Shown here piece after piece: positions 52,091 to 64,000 of a stretch of DNA of 64,000 bases. The position numbers and the translations under genes are program-made. Origin of the DNA: Microbotryum violaceum (taxonomy: Eukaryota); NCBI GenBank assembly GCA_001244265.2, contig CDLV01000012.1:434001-498000 (forward strand). The letters run 5' to 3'. How positions within the stretch are numbered: the stretch's first letter is position 1; every line of letters starts with the position of its first letter. The notes beneath the pieces were generated by a model. The model had not been told where the DNA came from and did not search any database. It saw only the letters and a list, made by a program, of their open reading frames with translations.

Positions 52091-52138
52091 TTTTTGCTTT
52101 CCCGCTCGCCTCCCCGATTTGCCTCCCCTTGCTTGCGC
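52091..52138. repeat. 48-bp inverted-repeat partner of 45298-45345
   Basis: Reverse complement matches at 46/48 positions. Confidence 0.93.
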
Positions 52139-55100
52139 GCTTGAGGCCCGCTTGCGGCCCGCTTAATTACGCAATGAAGTTGGCGAAGTTAGCAGAGGCG
52201 TGGAGGAAGTTGGCAGAAAGGTGGGGGAAGTTGGCATTGGCCCACAGGAAGTTAGCAGAAGTCACGTGCTGTCCGCGGCGCGACAATCGCATCGGGCTCT
52301 TTCTCAGCCCCCTACCTGTCCTGATTTATGCCCAACGTCCGCACTTTTCGGCCTTCGAGCCAACACAACGTCACCGCAGGACCCGCTTTCAATTGTTGAT
52401 CCCATCCGATGCCGTTCAGCAAAGCCGCCGATCGAAACGATTTGGCGCGAACAGCACGCCTGGGCCAGACACTGAACTAGCACATCTTACACTTTAGGTC
52501 GATGAAGACACGGAGTCGGGCTGCTATTCAATGCACATCAACTTACATGAGCCATCGATCGAGCAAGACCGCCATTAATCTAGCATCCCGAGCGCACCGA
52601 CGTCAGGCTCTTGACGTCCGCCGTCCACCGCCTTCAACCGCCTGCAACGCCCCAAAGCATTCTCGAAGACGATTAGACCGATAAAGAAGCAAGTAACGAG
52701 ACTTGAAATACAGGCTGAGCGATACCTTCAAGTAAGGCAAGTTCAGGAGTCGCCGATAAGGATCAGCTGATGTCGGAGCCAACGTTGGTCGACCACGATC
52801 ATTGGACTACATAACGAGTGCAGGTCAATGGTAACAGCTCGAATACTAATGATCATTTCTTTGATATCCGTTGCTATGCTGACATCCATCGTCACAACAT
52901 CTTCCATGAAATAGAGCCGTTCGAGAAACGTGACTTAGTCGTTGCCCGACCGTTGGCGCGTTCGCCGTGCCGCTCCATCTCGTGTACTGAAGTCGGCGTT
53001 TCTTTGTTCCCTGGTCCCAGAGAAGTGACCAGAAATAATCTTATTCATGTTCCGATACCAAGTCCGACTCGTTCAACGCATTTATTGGTCACTTCAAGCT
53101 ACCCTTCGCTTCGACTTGAGTTCTACCGAGCCCACCTGGTCCGTATGGTCGAAGACCCGAATGGACTCCGTCTTTCAAGTAGAGTAACCAACAAAGTCAA
53201 TTCTTACCAAGAAGAACCGAACACACTTAACAAGCATCAGACGGCAAGAGCGTCGGGTCTTGTGCTCCCTCGGCGATGGAGGACGAAATGTGCTTTGGAA
53301 CTGCGGCGGGACGAATTCGTGACCGATGCAACCACTACGATCGGAACACAAGAACGAGCAGATTAGCTCCGCGACATGCCATCCCAGCGTGCCATCACTT
53401 CGCGCTACCAACGGCCTTTGTATCTAGGCTCGCAAGAAGAAGGACTGGCGTGAGTTCATGCTCGGTGGACCATATGACAAGATCTTATGACCTCGGCTTG
53501 ATCATTATCGGCATCGGTATCGATCGGCATCCTTCCCTGCGCTTCTCACATGGGCATCCTCGGTATCTTGATATTTCATCGACTTTCAGTTTACGACTTA
53601 TTCCACCATTCAGGATGTGCTCCGACGGATACGAGCGCAACAAAACGGTCCTCAAGAACGGTGATTCGAGACTCGTCGGTAGCTCGGATTGGCCTCGCCG
53701 GACCCGCGATCTCAATCAGCCGGTGCTTTACTCTAAGCATTGGAACTCCAACACGGTGAGATGTTCGCACAATTTTTGTGGAAGCCATTTCTGGTAAGGC
53801 AAAGGATATATCTTGTAATCCACGTGTTCAAAGCCTGCTTATTTCATTGTTCTGTACACTGCTGTCCGAGCTTTGAAAAGGCTTTGAAGTGAGGCGGCTG
53901 CGAGCGGGACTGTAGGCGTGTTTCTGAAGCTTAGGCATACCATCTTTGCGTGTACCTGGTGTTGGTGTAAAGATACCGAATTCGGCAACAAGAGAGTACT
54001 ATAACCATGTACATCATGTGTTCGTCTTTCCTTCTTCCCTCATCTTTTCCTTATTTCCTTCCTTTCTCCGTCTCTTTTCTTCTCTTTTTTCATTCTTTTC
54101 CTTCTTTTTTTTTCCTTTTTTTTTCTTTCTTTTTTTTCCGCTTCGCCGGCAACTCCCTGGACATGGGTGGCGGCCCCGATTTTGCCTCCCCTCGCTTGCA
54201 ATTGCAATTGGCTGGCTCTGGCTGGCTCTGGCGAGCTCTGGCGGGGACTGGCGGGGAGAAGAGAAGTCTGGAGAGGTGGGGTGGGGAGCTCTGCTGCTCG
54301 CACCCGCTTTGTGCAATCCGTCTTCTTACCTGGCCCAACCGAATGAATCACTTTCTGCCGGCTCGAAACCTTATCCGCATCTTATCACTCCATTCAACAA
54401 GGTGTGCTGCCCAAGGTGAGCCAACAGGAGCCAGCGGTGATCCCGCCCGGCCTCGCTAGGCACTGGGCGATGATCAACACCCACCGCTACCCTCAATCTC
54501 ACTCTGGCAGCCTCACTGCCTCAGGCCTGCGAGGATTTTGTCTGTAAGTTGCAGCTGACACCTAGGGCCCGTCTCATCACTCCCTGGTGCTCTGGTTAAG
54601 GTCTGTGACACACGAGTCACCACGGGGCATCGTCCCTAGCAACGACAACGGGCAACGGCGACTTGGTAACACGGCGACGCGTCGCTGGCAAGGATCATGT
54701 CATGTCAAATACCGCACCGATCACACCGACGTGGACCGCACCGACACGTTGGTGCATTGTTTTCACAGGTAGCGCACCCATCTCTGCGCGAAACTAGGTC
54801 GCCACGCTACTCGCAAGTGACGTCGGAACCGTGGAGATCACGCCTGCGAGCACCCGTCGCAGCTTCGTTTGGCGGGCCAGTCTCGTGTGCATCCGCTTGT
54901 CGCCACCTCGTACCGCCTTACAATTCTTGCCATAAGCTCGTAGCTCTTTCGTTGATTCAAGCAAGACACGCGAGTGCGTACCGTGCCGCCTATCATCGTG
55001 CCACATCGCGGCGTGACGAGTGTAGATCATCGTCGCGGCGCTGTTTGTGATGTTCTAGCAATGTCGTGCGCTCGGTGCTGTATCGTCTAGCGGGGCGATC

Positions 55101-58100
55101 TTGTTCGCTCCTCCAGCCGGGCCACCTCCCATGAGGCCACCTCCCATGAGGCCACCATCGTATCAGGCGTGTATCCAGTGGCCGAGTCCCAACTCGGGGA
55201 CCCATGCTCTTGCTCGACTGCCGCGAGTGCAGTGTTTTGAGGCCATGTCGAGCATTGGCCATCGCCCTGAGCTGGATGCGCTGGGCACTATTCTAGGTCG
55301 TTCTTCGCCGTGACGATGTCTACCCGCACAATTTCTTGCGATTCTTCGTGTCGAGCCTGGAGAAACCATCGTTCCCATGTTGCGCTCCATCCGCAACTAA
55401 GCCAAATGTAGCTCGAGCGTATCCACGAAGGAGATGTCGAGGCGGAGAAAGTTGACTCGAGATTGATCGATCTCCAAGCCTCCGAGTCGAATCTGCCGTC
55501 TTGTGAGACAGGAGATGCGCCAGCCGACACGTCTATACTACTGCGCAATCTCGATCACTGGCCGAATCTTCCACTGGACCTCGTTGACGGCCACATCAAG
55601 GCAGGCGAGAAGGTGCAGCCATCGTATGGCACCGTAGGCCCCCTTCGTCAAAGACAACAATTCCCACAGGGCGCCCGCCCGGCGCCAGCTCACTGCGGCG
55701 CTGAGTTCCGATCGGGCGTCGATGCCGTTACAGCGGCCGTCGCCCGCTGGTTCCGCTGCCACACCTCTGCCTTATCGTACGACACCCCACATCGCGATGT
55801 AGCCGCCAGCAGGTCCGGATCATTGCGGATCATCTCGGATCATTCCAGATCCTTTAAGATCCGGTCTTGGGGGGCGGGGCCTCGGCTCCGTCGCTTTGTC
55901 GATCGGAAGCACGGCTTTGCAGCGATTGTCATCCGATCTTCCGGTCGCCTCTGATTCACGGGATGCCAAGATTCCCAAGATGCTCATCTCGGAAGCTGAG
56001 TAAGTCCTGGCTCATCACAAAGTGAACTGAAGCTGATATGCAAAGTCTTGCGTTTATCCGTCGGAAGCTCGTCGTCCGGTTCCCAACCAGTGGCAGTGGA
56101 CCACCCACCGCCTGGATGGGCGACGTGCTCTGGAAGGCAGGCGCAAGGGCGGGAAGACAACGTGCCAAGCTCGGCAGCTGCGAGCTGCGCCTTCATAGCC
56201 GTGCTGGCGTTTGGCCCTCGGTTCGTTCAGTTCACGCACGTGGTCTGCACGGCTTCGCTCCAGTGCTGATATGAGCACCTGTCCTCCTATAGCGGGCACT
56301 CGAGTACGGATTCGGCCGTGAGTCGTGCCACTTTCTTCCCTTTCGCCGTCACTCGAGACGCTGTTCCACAGTCACCCGAACCTTTGTTTTGCCGCTCGGC
56401 TCTTCACTTCGACACCGATCTACTTTGGCACGTTTATGTGTTGCGGAAGCCGTGTTTCCCTGCCAAAGTGAGTCGGCACGCCCTCCCCGCTCGTCAAGGC
56501 GCCTGCTCGTCGCGCACAAAGCTCGCTAATCCGTCGAAGCCGAGTCCAAGTGTTCTACTTGGAACTCGTTGGCGTATTTGATAGGATATAGGATAAGGTG
56601 TATCTTATATGCCAATCTTTTCGCCGCCGTGCAAGCCCTCGCCGAGCGTAGAGCGTGCACCAGCAACGGAGGCCGTTTTCACCCCGCGGGGTCGCCAGGC
56701 GCGCACAGACGCAGATTTGCGACAAGCTCCTGTACGTCCACATCATCCGACTGCATGCGCGTTAAGCGATGCGGTTGCTGACATACGTCTCTTCCTGATT
56801 TCATAGGCCCGTGGCCAGGCCACTATGCTGTTCAGACCTGATGTGGGCGAGACCTGATGTGGGCGACATTCAGACCTGATGTGAGCGACATTCAGATGTG
56901 ATGTTGTCGCCGTCGCTCGGAGGCCCCTGTGGCTTTAACGGTGGGACAGCTCCGAGATGCGCAAGGTCGATTGTATGGCACAGCTCCCGAGTATTCGGCC
57001 CATGGACAAGTTCCGTTACTCTAGATATTCTGGGCCTACCTCGTGCAGATCATTTGCTGGAGGATGCGAAGGCTGCAGTGCTTTCTGCGTCGACGGCGAC
57101 CGCGACCGCGCTTTCAAGCTCGGTGACGCTCGGGCTCGAGATCAGGGACTCGCCAGCCGCGTCGAGTAAGCTCCCCTTCCCCGCCCCTTGACCTGTGCCC
57201 GTCGTCATCAAGGTGGCCACGCTGTTTGCAACAGTCATTTGCAGCTTGAAACTACTTTGCCATGAAGTCTTGATGGGCAGTTGAGAGTTCAGTAGAAAGT
57301 GCTGCCCGACGCCCACTGTAATACACCCCGTTGGAGTGTACACCTGAGCGGCGACGACAAGGATCACAGGACCAAAGTATGTAGAATTGACACTGGACAC
57401 TCGTATCAGTCGCTAGTATGAAAATGCCTTCTGATCCACCTTGTGCTCACCTGGACACTCGTATCAGTCGCTGGAGAGAGACTAAGAGTGCCCAGGCGCG
57501 CGTCCCCTCCTCCTAAGGCCCAGGCGCACGGGCCTTACACCCACTTGGTCTTTCTTGACTGCGCCTCGTCTTCTAGTGGTGGTCATTGCCATCAAATGAT
57601 CCTCGAGCGGTTGAGACCAAGAGAGGCCTACACGAGAGGTTGGCGAACGCGGTCAGCGGAGCCCCGACCCGAAAACCTGGCAAGGCAATTAAAGCCCCCC
57701 TCTCCAATTTTCCCTCCCAACGCCGGGAGCCGCTACTCGCGCTCTTCCCCCTCTTCCCCCTCTGCCTCCTCCCACTGCACTCACCTTTGGAGTTCAGCAA
57801 CATGTCCCCTTTCTTTCTAGGTGCTCCCTGGCTATCGGTTATTTTGGCTCCTGATCCTGGGATGTGAAGCGGTAGCAGATTCACCGCTCGTTGGAGTCCG
57901 AGTTAGGTGCTCGACGGGTTTTGATCTGTGCGGTGCTCTTTGCGCGCAGGGGTTTGATTTTCACCCATCTGCTTGTCGTCACTGCTTAGAACCTCCATAA
58001 CATCTTTTTGTAGCGGTCCCAACCAATCCGACGGATTGCAATTTATGAACCCCGGTAGGACAAGAAAAACAAAAACGGCCCCAGAGTGCGGCGCGGATCT

Positions 58101-59802
58101 GCAGCGAAATCGCGGACAGGGGACCGATCGTGCACCCTACATCGACGCAAGCGCTCCATCCCTCGGAACGACCGATTGCCTTTTCGATCAAGCTTGTTCA
58201 AATTTTAGAACAGAAAGCAGGGTAGCTCCTGAGGCTCACCCGAGAGTTGAGATCGCCGCAACCAATACAGTGGCTGTTGCCCCACCAGCTTTGCTCGAGC
58301 TGGCAACGACCTTCCCCTCCAGTCGCTGCGAGCCCCGACTTTCGACGCGGAGCCGGCGCTCTGGACGGGCTTCACACGAGAGCTCTGACGCGGTGAATCA
58401 CAGATCGACCTATCTATCCACATCTACATAAAAGAATGCATCACTAAATCAAGTTCTCAATCTCTCCCCCCCCTCCCCCCCCCCCGCCCTGGCTCGCCCG
58501 GACTCGGAGGTGCGGACTCGCAACGACCTTCATTTACGCAGGGAGGCGGGCACAATACTTTCTGTGTACTCCAGTACATGTAACCATTATATGTCTTCAT
58601 CCTCGGAGGGAAATCAGTGGCTCAGCAGCCGAGCACCACAAAATAGTAGTATCTCGATTTTCCGAGGAAACCATGTTTGTGCTTGGGCATGAATGACTGT
58701 GCGTTTAGGTTTCATGGGGCAGCTCATTGAATTGCACGGGTGTGTACTATCCTGTTGGGTCATGCACGGAGGGGGGCATGCGCTGGGAACCGGTTCGGAG
58801 TGTCTCGCGGTTCGAAGGGTTCGTAACCGACGGCGCCGAGACTGTACGGCGGTGCATACGGGTGCTTCGCTATGATATTTCCAAGTGTTATATAGGGTTC
58901 TAGACGAGTATAGACTGGATCCGGATTCATTTCAGCCTTCTCTAACGGCGTTTGGTCGTCGAGGAGCCTTGACTCCTGAGCCCGGATCGCGAAGTTGCCG
59001 TTGTACGTTGCTGGGATGCTGGCAGCCGAGTACTACGGCCTGTGTCGCACCTACATACGAGTGCATACGCGTGCAGGTGCACATAATTGCCATATTCGTT
59101 TCTGTCTCGTTCAAACGACTCTGCACGACATTGCACAGCGCACAGATCGAATCGACCTCCCGCGACCTGCTTCCTTGCGGAATCACTCACCACCGAGCGC
59201 ACGTCGATCCGATGTGGAGAAGGAGCAGGGTGGGGATCCCAATCCATTGTCAAGTCTTGCATAAGGAGTGATCAGGGGCTCAGTAGGCGGCATTTGAAGT
59301 CAGCCACGGAATGAGAACACCTGTGGGATAGCCAGCAGAAACACGGAATGGGCAGTGAATCGATTGAAGGGCACGTACGCTGGGTTCGCACTGAGTGGGG
59401 GTGGGGGCTGCAAGTCAAGAGTGAAAGCGTCGGCGAGCTTGCTTGAAGATGAATAGGAGGGTGGGCACCTTATCGAACGGGTTTAGACGTTCGTAGTTGA
59501 TTAGATGTTGGAGCGATGCTCCCTTGGGTCGATGACTGAGTCGAGTACCATGCCATGTCCAACCGTCAGCGATATGAAAAAGCGATTTTGGCGCGGGCGA
59601 GAACTGGCATAAAAGGATGCTGTGGACGTCCCCGATGCCCGCCCGCCTCGCCGCGCTTGCCGGGCCGCATTCATTGCCGGGCGGAACGCGGGAAGAAGCA
59701 CCCATCCCCCACAAGTTGCACAAGTTGCACATGCTTCACTCCTCTCCGCCCCCCCTCGCACTCCTCCATACCTCAATCCGATACTCACTCCAAAGGACCG
59801 AT

Positions 59803-61362
59803 ATGACGAGCTCTATCTTCAAGGACGATCTGTTTAAAGGCAAGGTCGCTTTCGTGGTGAGTCCGAGTGTTCGTGGAGCTAGGTCGATGAGGCGTCCGTT
59901 CAGCTGGGGTGGGGCTCTGAGTCGGTGCTCGAACTCGGGAAAGTGTCATGGGTCCTGGACATCAGATAGGCGGAGAGGTTCCATCTTGCTGACTTATATG
60001 TATGCTTGTGACTTGCGAACAGACCGGAGGCGGTAGTGGTATCTGCTATGGCATGGTCAAATCGTTGATGCGCCGTGAGTTCACCATCCCGCCCGAAAGC
60101 TCGGAGATGCCGAGCCACTGCTCCGGAGCCACCCATATGCTTGAGCACCACTGACTGAACTCCACACATTGTCCATATACGTTACTCCCTCTCCAGACGG
60201 CGCCAACGCGACCATTCTCGGCCGTCGCGAACAAATCATCACCGAAGCCGCCGCGACTCTTTCAAAGGCAACGGGCCAACAATGTCTCGGCGTTTCGGGC
60301 GATGTGAGGAAGCCCGAGAGCCTCAAGGAGGCGGTGAGAAAGACGGTCGAGAAGTTTGGGAGGATCGATTTCGTGAGTTCTCGAGACTCGAGGGGCGAAT
60401 TGGAGGTGGGATTAGGTGTGCGGGGGAAGTTTTGCTGATCCTAAGAGTTTTTCGGGGTTTGCTTGTTGGGCGGGTGTAGGTCATTTGCGGAGCTGGTCAG
60501 TTCTTTATATCCGCCTCTGTATGATCGAACGGAGAATCGTCATACTGATATGCTCGTGGTACTATCCATCCAAAGCCGGCAACTTTCTATCGCCGATCTC
60601 GGGCATGTCCGAAAACGCTTTCCGAACCGTGCTTGAAAGTCAGTCTCAATCTCGCATCCGGAACAAGCTAAAACTAGCGACATGGAAGCTGACTCCTGTC
60701 AGCCGTACGCATCCGCAGTCGACTCGATGGGCACGTTCAACACGTTCAAAGCGACGATCGACGAGGTGAAAAAGACCCGAGGCGCTTACATCGCCATCTC
60801 AGCCACGCTCCATTACAAAGGCACAGTCATGCAGGCCCACGTCTCGGCCGCTAAGGCCGCGATCGATTCCTTATTCAATGTCATCGCTGTCGAGTATGGT
60901 CCTCTGGGTGTTCGAGCGAATGTACGTCTTCCGAGCCCCATCGCTGATTGATGTGGGGCCCCCAAAATTGACTACTTCGGAACTTGGGATTCGACAGATC
61001 ATCGCCCCCGGTCCCATCGACGGTACGGAAGGTGTCGCCCGCTTGATCCCCAAGGAGATCATTGAAGAGTCCAAAAAGTTGATCCCGCTCGGTCGCAACG
61101 GCACGATCGAGGACATTGCCAACTCGGGCGTGTTTCTCTTCTCCCCGGCGGCTAGTTACATCACGGGCTCGGTCTTGGTCGTTGATGGTGGACAGGTGAG
61201 TGAGACGAGTTCAAGGAGACGATGTAGTGTGTACGTGGAACTGATCCTGGCGATTGTTCTGTTCTGCAGTGGCACAACGGCTCGATGAGTCGCTCGATCA
61301 CCTATCCAGACTTTTTGCTCGAAGGCGGTGACACCAGGTCCACGTTGGCGGCCAAGTTGTAG
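59803..61362 (+). CDS. SPS19: Peroxisomal 2,4-dienoyl-CoA reductase (Sps19/DECR2-like SDR)
   Basis: FKGKVAFV|TGGGSGIC, GDVRKP, AGNFLSPI, ISATLHY, HVSAAKAAID, IAPGPIDGTEG and C-terminal AKL (PTS1). Confidence 0.9.
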
Positions 61363-61777
61363 TCGTTTACCTGTTTGTGCTGTGTGTGTGGTATGAATAG
61401 TTTCCGTGAGATCTAAATGATTATTACGGTACCTGGTTACCATGGGATGGAATGGTTCGGTAAGTGATTAGGCAGGGTGCGCAGTATTCTCATCTCAGTG
61501 AAAGTTTGTTCAGGTCCGACTCGGACTCTGGCAGGGACGTACTCGATCTGATCGGTCGTGAGGAGCCTAATATTCACGAAAAACAACCATTCGACTCCAT
61601 GCGAGAGCTCAAGCTCCCTCTCGTGAATTCGGCGGTTCAATTCTGACGGCGGTACGGTGGCACCGATGGGCAGAGGTGGGGAGTTTCCCAGCGAAGCCGC
61701 GGCTCACGGCTATCGGGCCTTGGCTCTCATTGCCTTCGCCTTTGCCTTCTCCCACCAACTGGGCTCCGCACTGCAAC

Positions 61778-63326
61778 ATGTCTTTCACCGGCTCCGTATG
61801 GGACGGCTCGTCCTCGCCCGTGCTATCGCGCGTCTACTCGGCGTACTCCTTCTTGAACAACAACAAGCCTCACCCTGCTTCGTACGTCGTCACCACTCCC
61901 GCTAGCTCTTCTCTGACCTCATGGAACGCGCGCTGATACTCTGATGCACCGAACAGGCCTTTCACTTTGTTCGCCATCATCCATGCGATCAGGATCGCAT
62001 GTGCTTTTCGTGGGGTCGCTCGTGCGGGAGGGTGGGATCATCGTATTGGACGTGAGTTCGCGAGACGAGTGGCGCGGGAGGCTGGGAGGCCGAGTGACGT
62101 GATGGGCCTCCCTTTCGTCGGTGGGGCACCATCCAGCTTCCAGCCCCAGCTCCCGAGGGCGGTCGAGGTTCGCGGATCGCACATCCTTCGCTTGGCAGAT
62201 GTTGAATACTCTATTGGTGTCGATCATGCAGTGTTTCAAGCGTTCACGGTCCCCCTCGTGTTGATCCTCGGCGGCACGACCATCACCAGCATCTTGATGG
62301 GCGCCGTGCCCGGCTGGTTGATCTCGCCTATCCCCGTCGCAACCTATGGGTGAGTCGGGATCCCACACAACCTATCAAGTCCACCAGAAACACACAACCT
62401 AACCCCGAGGCCTATTGCGTAACCTTCAGTCTGATCCCCTTGATCGCCTCGGAATCGGGCCTCGTTTCCTTCCTACTCTCGACTCCTCGTCTCCCGCGAG
62501 ACCTCCTCTTCTCCACCGTCGACGGTTTCTCCCGCGTCGTAGGCATGACCACTCTAGGCGTAGACACCGTTCTTGCGCACCCCAACCCTGCCCTCCGCAA
62601 CTCCCCTTGGGCCATGGTTCTGGTGGCTACGATCGCCGGAGGTGGTGGAGGAATGCTGGTCCCGGCGATGAAGATGTTTCATGCCGATTGGGGCTTTGAT
62701 GCCACGCCCGCTTGGGTGCGCGATGGACCTGGGGTCGATATCTGGGGTGCTACCGTGATTGGTTACGTCTATGCGTTAGTCTTCCCACAAACTGAGCATG
62801 TGGAGAAACCGCTGACAGCTGTGGTGTTCGCTTTACATGACCACAGCACCTTAATCGACGCCCATCCTTTCTTCCGCCTCTTGCCCAAATACGTCCTCAC
62901 CATCTTCCCCTTCGGGTCTAACTGGTTCCACCTCCCCAAGAGTTACTACGTCAATCCTTCCCCCGTCCCTCTTTTGTCGAACCATGAAGCCAAGATGTAA
63001 GTTCGCTACTCTGAACCTCGTGAGTTCGGCGACGGGCTGAACTGACCCTGACCCGTCAATTTTTGGATCCCCGCCCTCGCAATAGTTTCTGCTCCGTCCT
63101 GCTCTCCCTCATGCTCTGCACCCGTACCCTATGGCCTTACCTCCAATCGAACCGAAAACTGACGGCCTCAAGCTTGAACAAGAAGAACAAGAAGGTCACT
63201 CCGACCTCGGCTTTAACATCTTCCAAAGCCATGGCAGCCGTTGCAGATAAACCGAGTTCGAGTTCGTCGGCTGTGAGTGCGGATGAGAAGAATAAGCAGG
63301 GGTTGAAGGAGAGGAAGACGAAATAA
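61778..63326 (+). CDS. Multi-pass membrane protein, possibly TRIC/TMEM38-like
   Basis: Several hydrophobic helices with LGGTTITSILMG and IAGGGGGMLV glycine motifs and a Lys-rich tail; family call is tentative. Confidence 0.6.
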
Positions 63327-64000
63327 GCGACCAATAGCGAGGAATGAGTGGTAAAATTGGTTAGTGAGAGAACAGGTAAGGGGTTTGGGAGCTGGGTTAC
63401 GTGAGAAGACGAGCAAAGAGGATCCCGAGGAGGGGGGGGGGGGGGGGGGGTCCGTCATGTGAAAATATCGAGTTTCAGTAGTTGTCGTTTGTTGCATTTA
63501 CCAGAGACAACGAGTGTCCTGTGTTCAAAATTGATTGTGTGGTACCTTGCCAGTTCAACTCCCAGTCCAAAATGCAAATGCACTCGGCGACCATGGGCCT
63601 CGGTCGTTCTGAACCAGAAAGGCGGGTTGAACCCGTACGGCGCGAGGGTAACCGACAGGAGGAGAGTGGGGGTACCGGGAGAGCTTGGGTTATTGCAGAG
63701 GTCAAGAAAAAGTGAAATGAGAAACGAACTACCAATGATTCAAAGAGAGAGAAACTAAAAGAGAAGATTGAAAAACGATGATGAATCGGCGACGGGTTGC
63801 GCTTTTAGGTAAAAAGAAAAGGTTGCGAAGACGAAAGTTGCAACCCAAGAACGACTTTGGCGTTTGCAATAGAATATGTACAGCGGGAGGGGGCGAGAAG
63901 GATAGTGGATGTGAAAACCCGAAAAGGAAGTAAAAGGAACGAGAGAAAAGGAACTGATGCGATGTGGGTGATTGACGAGCGGTAATTTTTTGCGTGAGGG

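Noticed and set aside
57393-57472. 22-bp direct repeats with a 36-nt spacer resembling a CRISPR unit
   Set aside because: Only two copies, non-palindromic, eukaryotic context and no cas genes
52500-59400. Assorted ORFs in the right half of the island
   Set aside because: No recognisable domains and no consistent gene model; left unannotated
6972-62847. Several stop-free introns of 3n length (FRS1 x2, HIS5, CIA1, kinesin, TRIC-like gene)
   Set aside because: With dozens of short GC-rich introns, roughly this many are expected by chance

Overview
Eukaryotic DNA from an intron-rich fungus. The gene set and the GT..CTRAC..YAG introns suggest a basidiomycete, probably Pucciniomycotina/Microbotryomycetes (inference). 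Positions 1-44.1 kb and 59.8-63.3 kb are dense with housekeeping genes: ELP6-like, a fungal transcription factor, PheRS beta, HIS5, CIA1, Anp1/GT62, a CAMK, an SDR, kinesin-1, a SmgGDS-like ARM protein, OYE, GGT, PAP2, MDM35, RPS17, RPS22, peroxisomal 2,4-dienoyl-CoA reductase and a TRIC-like membrane protein. An internally deleted Helitron lies at about 35.9-37.4 kb. An island of about 15 kb (44.4-59.7 kb) has no recognisable host gene. It holds a mini-Helitron, a decayed DDE transposase with Dada-like motifs, a 48-bp inverted repeat pair 6.8 kb apart, motif arrays and pseudogene fragments. The most notable signals are a nested RNA rod of about 200 nt in a putative RPS22 5'-UTR intron (similar pairing occurs in the RPS17 and PAP2 long introns), five genes with an intron inside or directly after the ATG, the composite transposon island, and 1-nt frameshifts in conserved genes that are probably assembly errors. 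Gene models and family calls were made by eye from remembered motifs; no database search was run.
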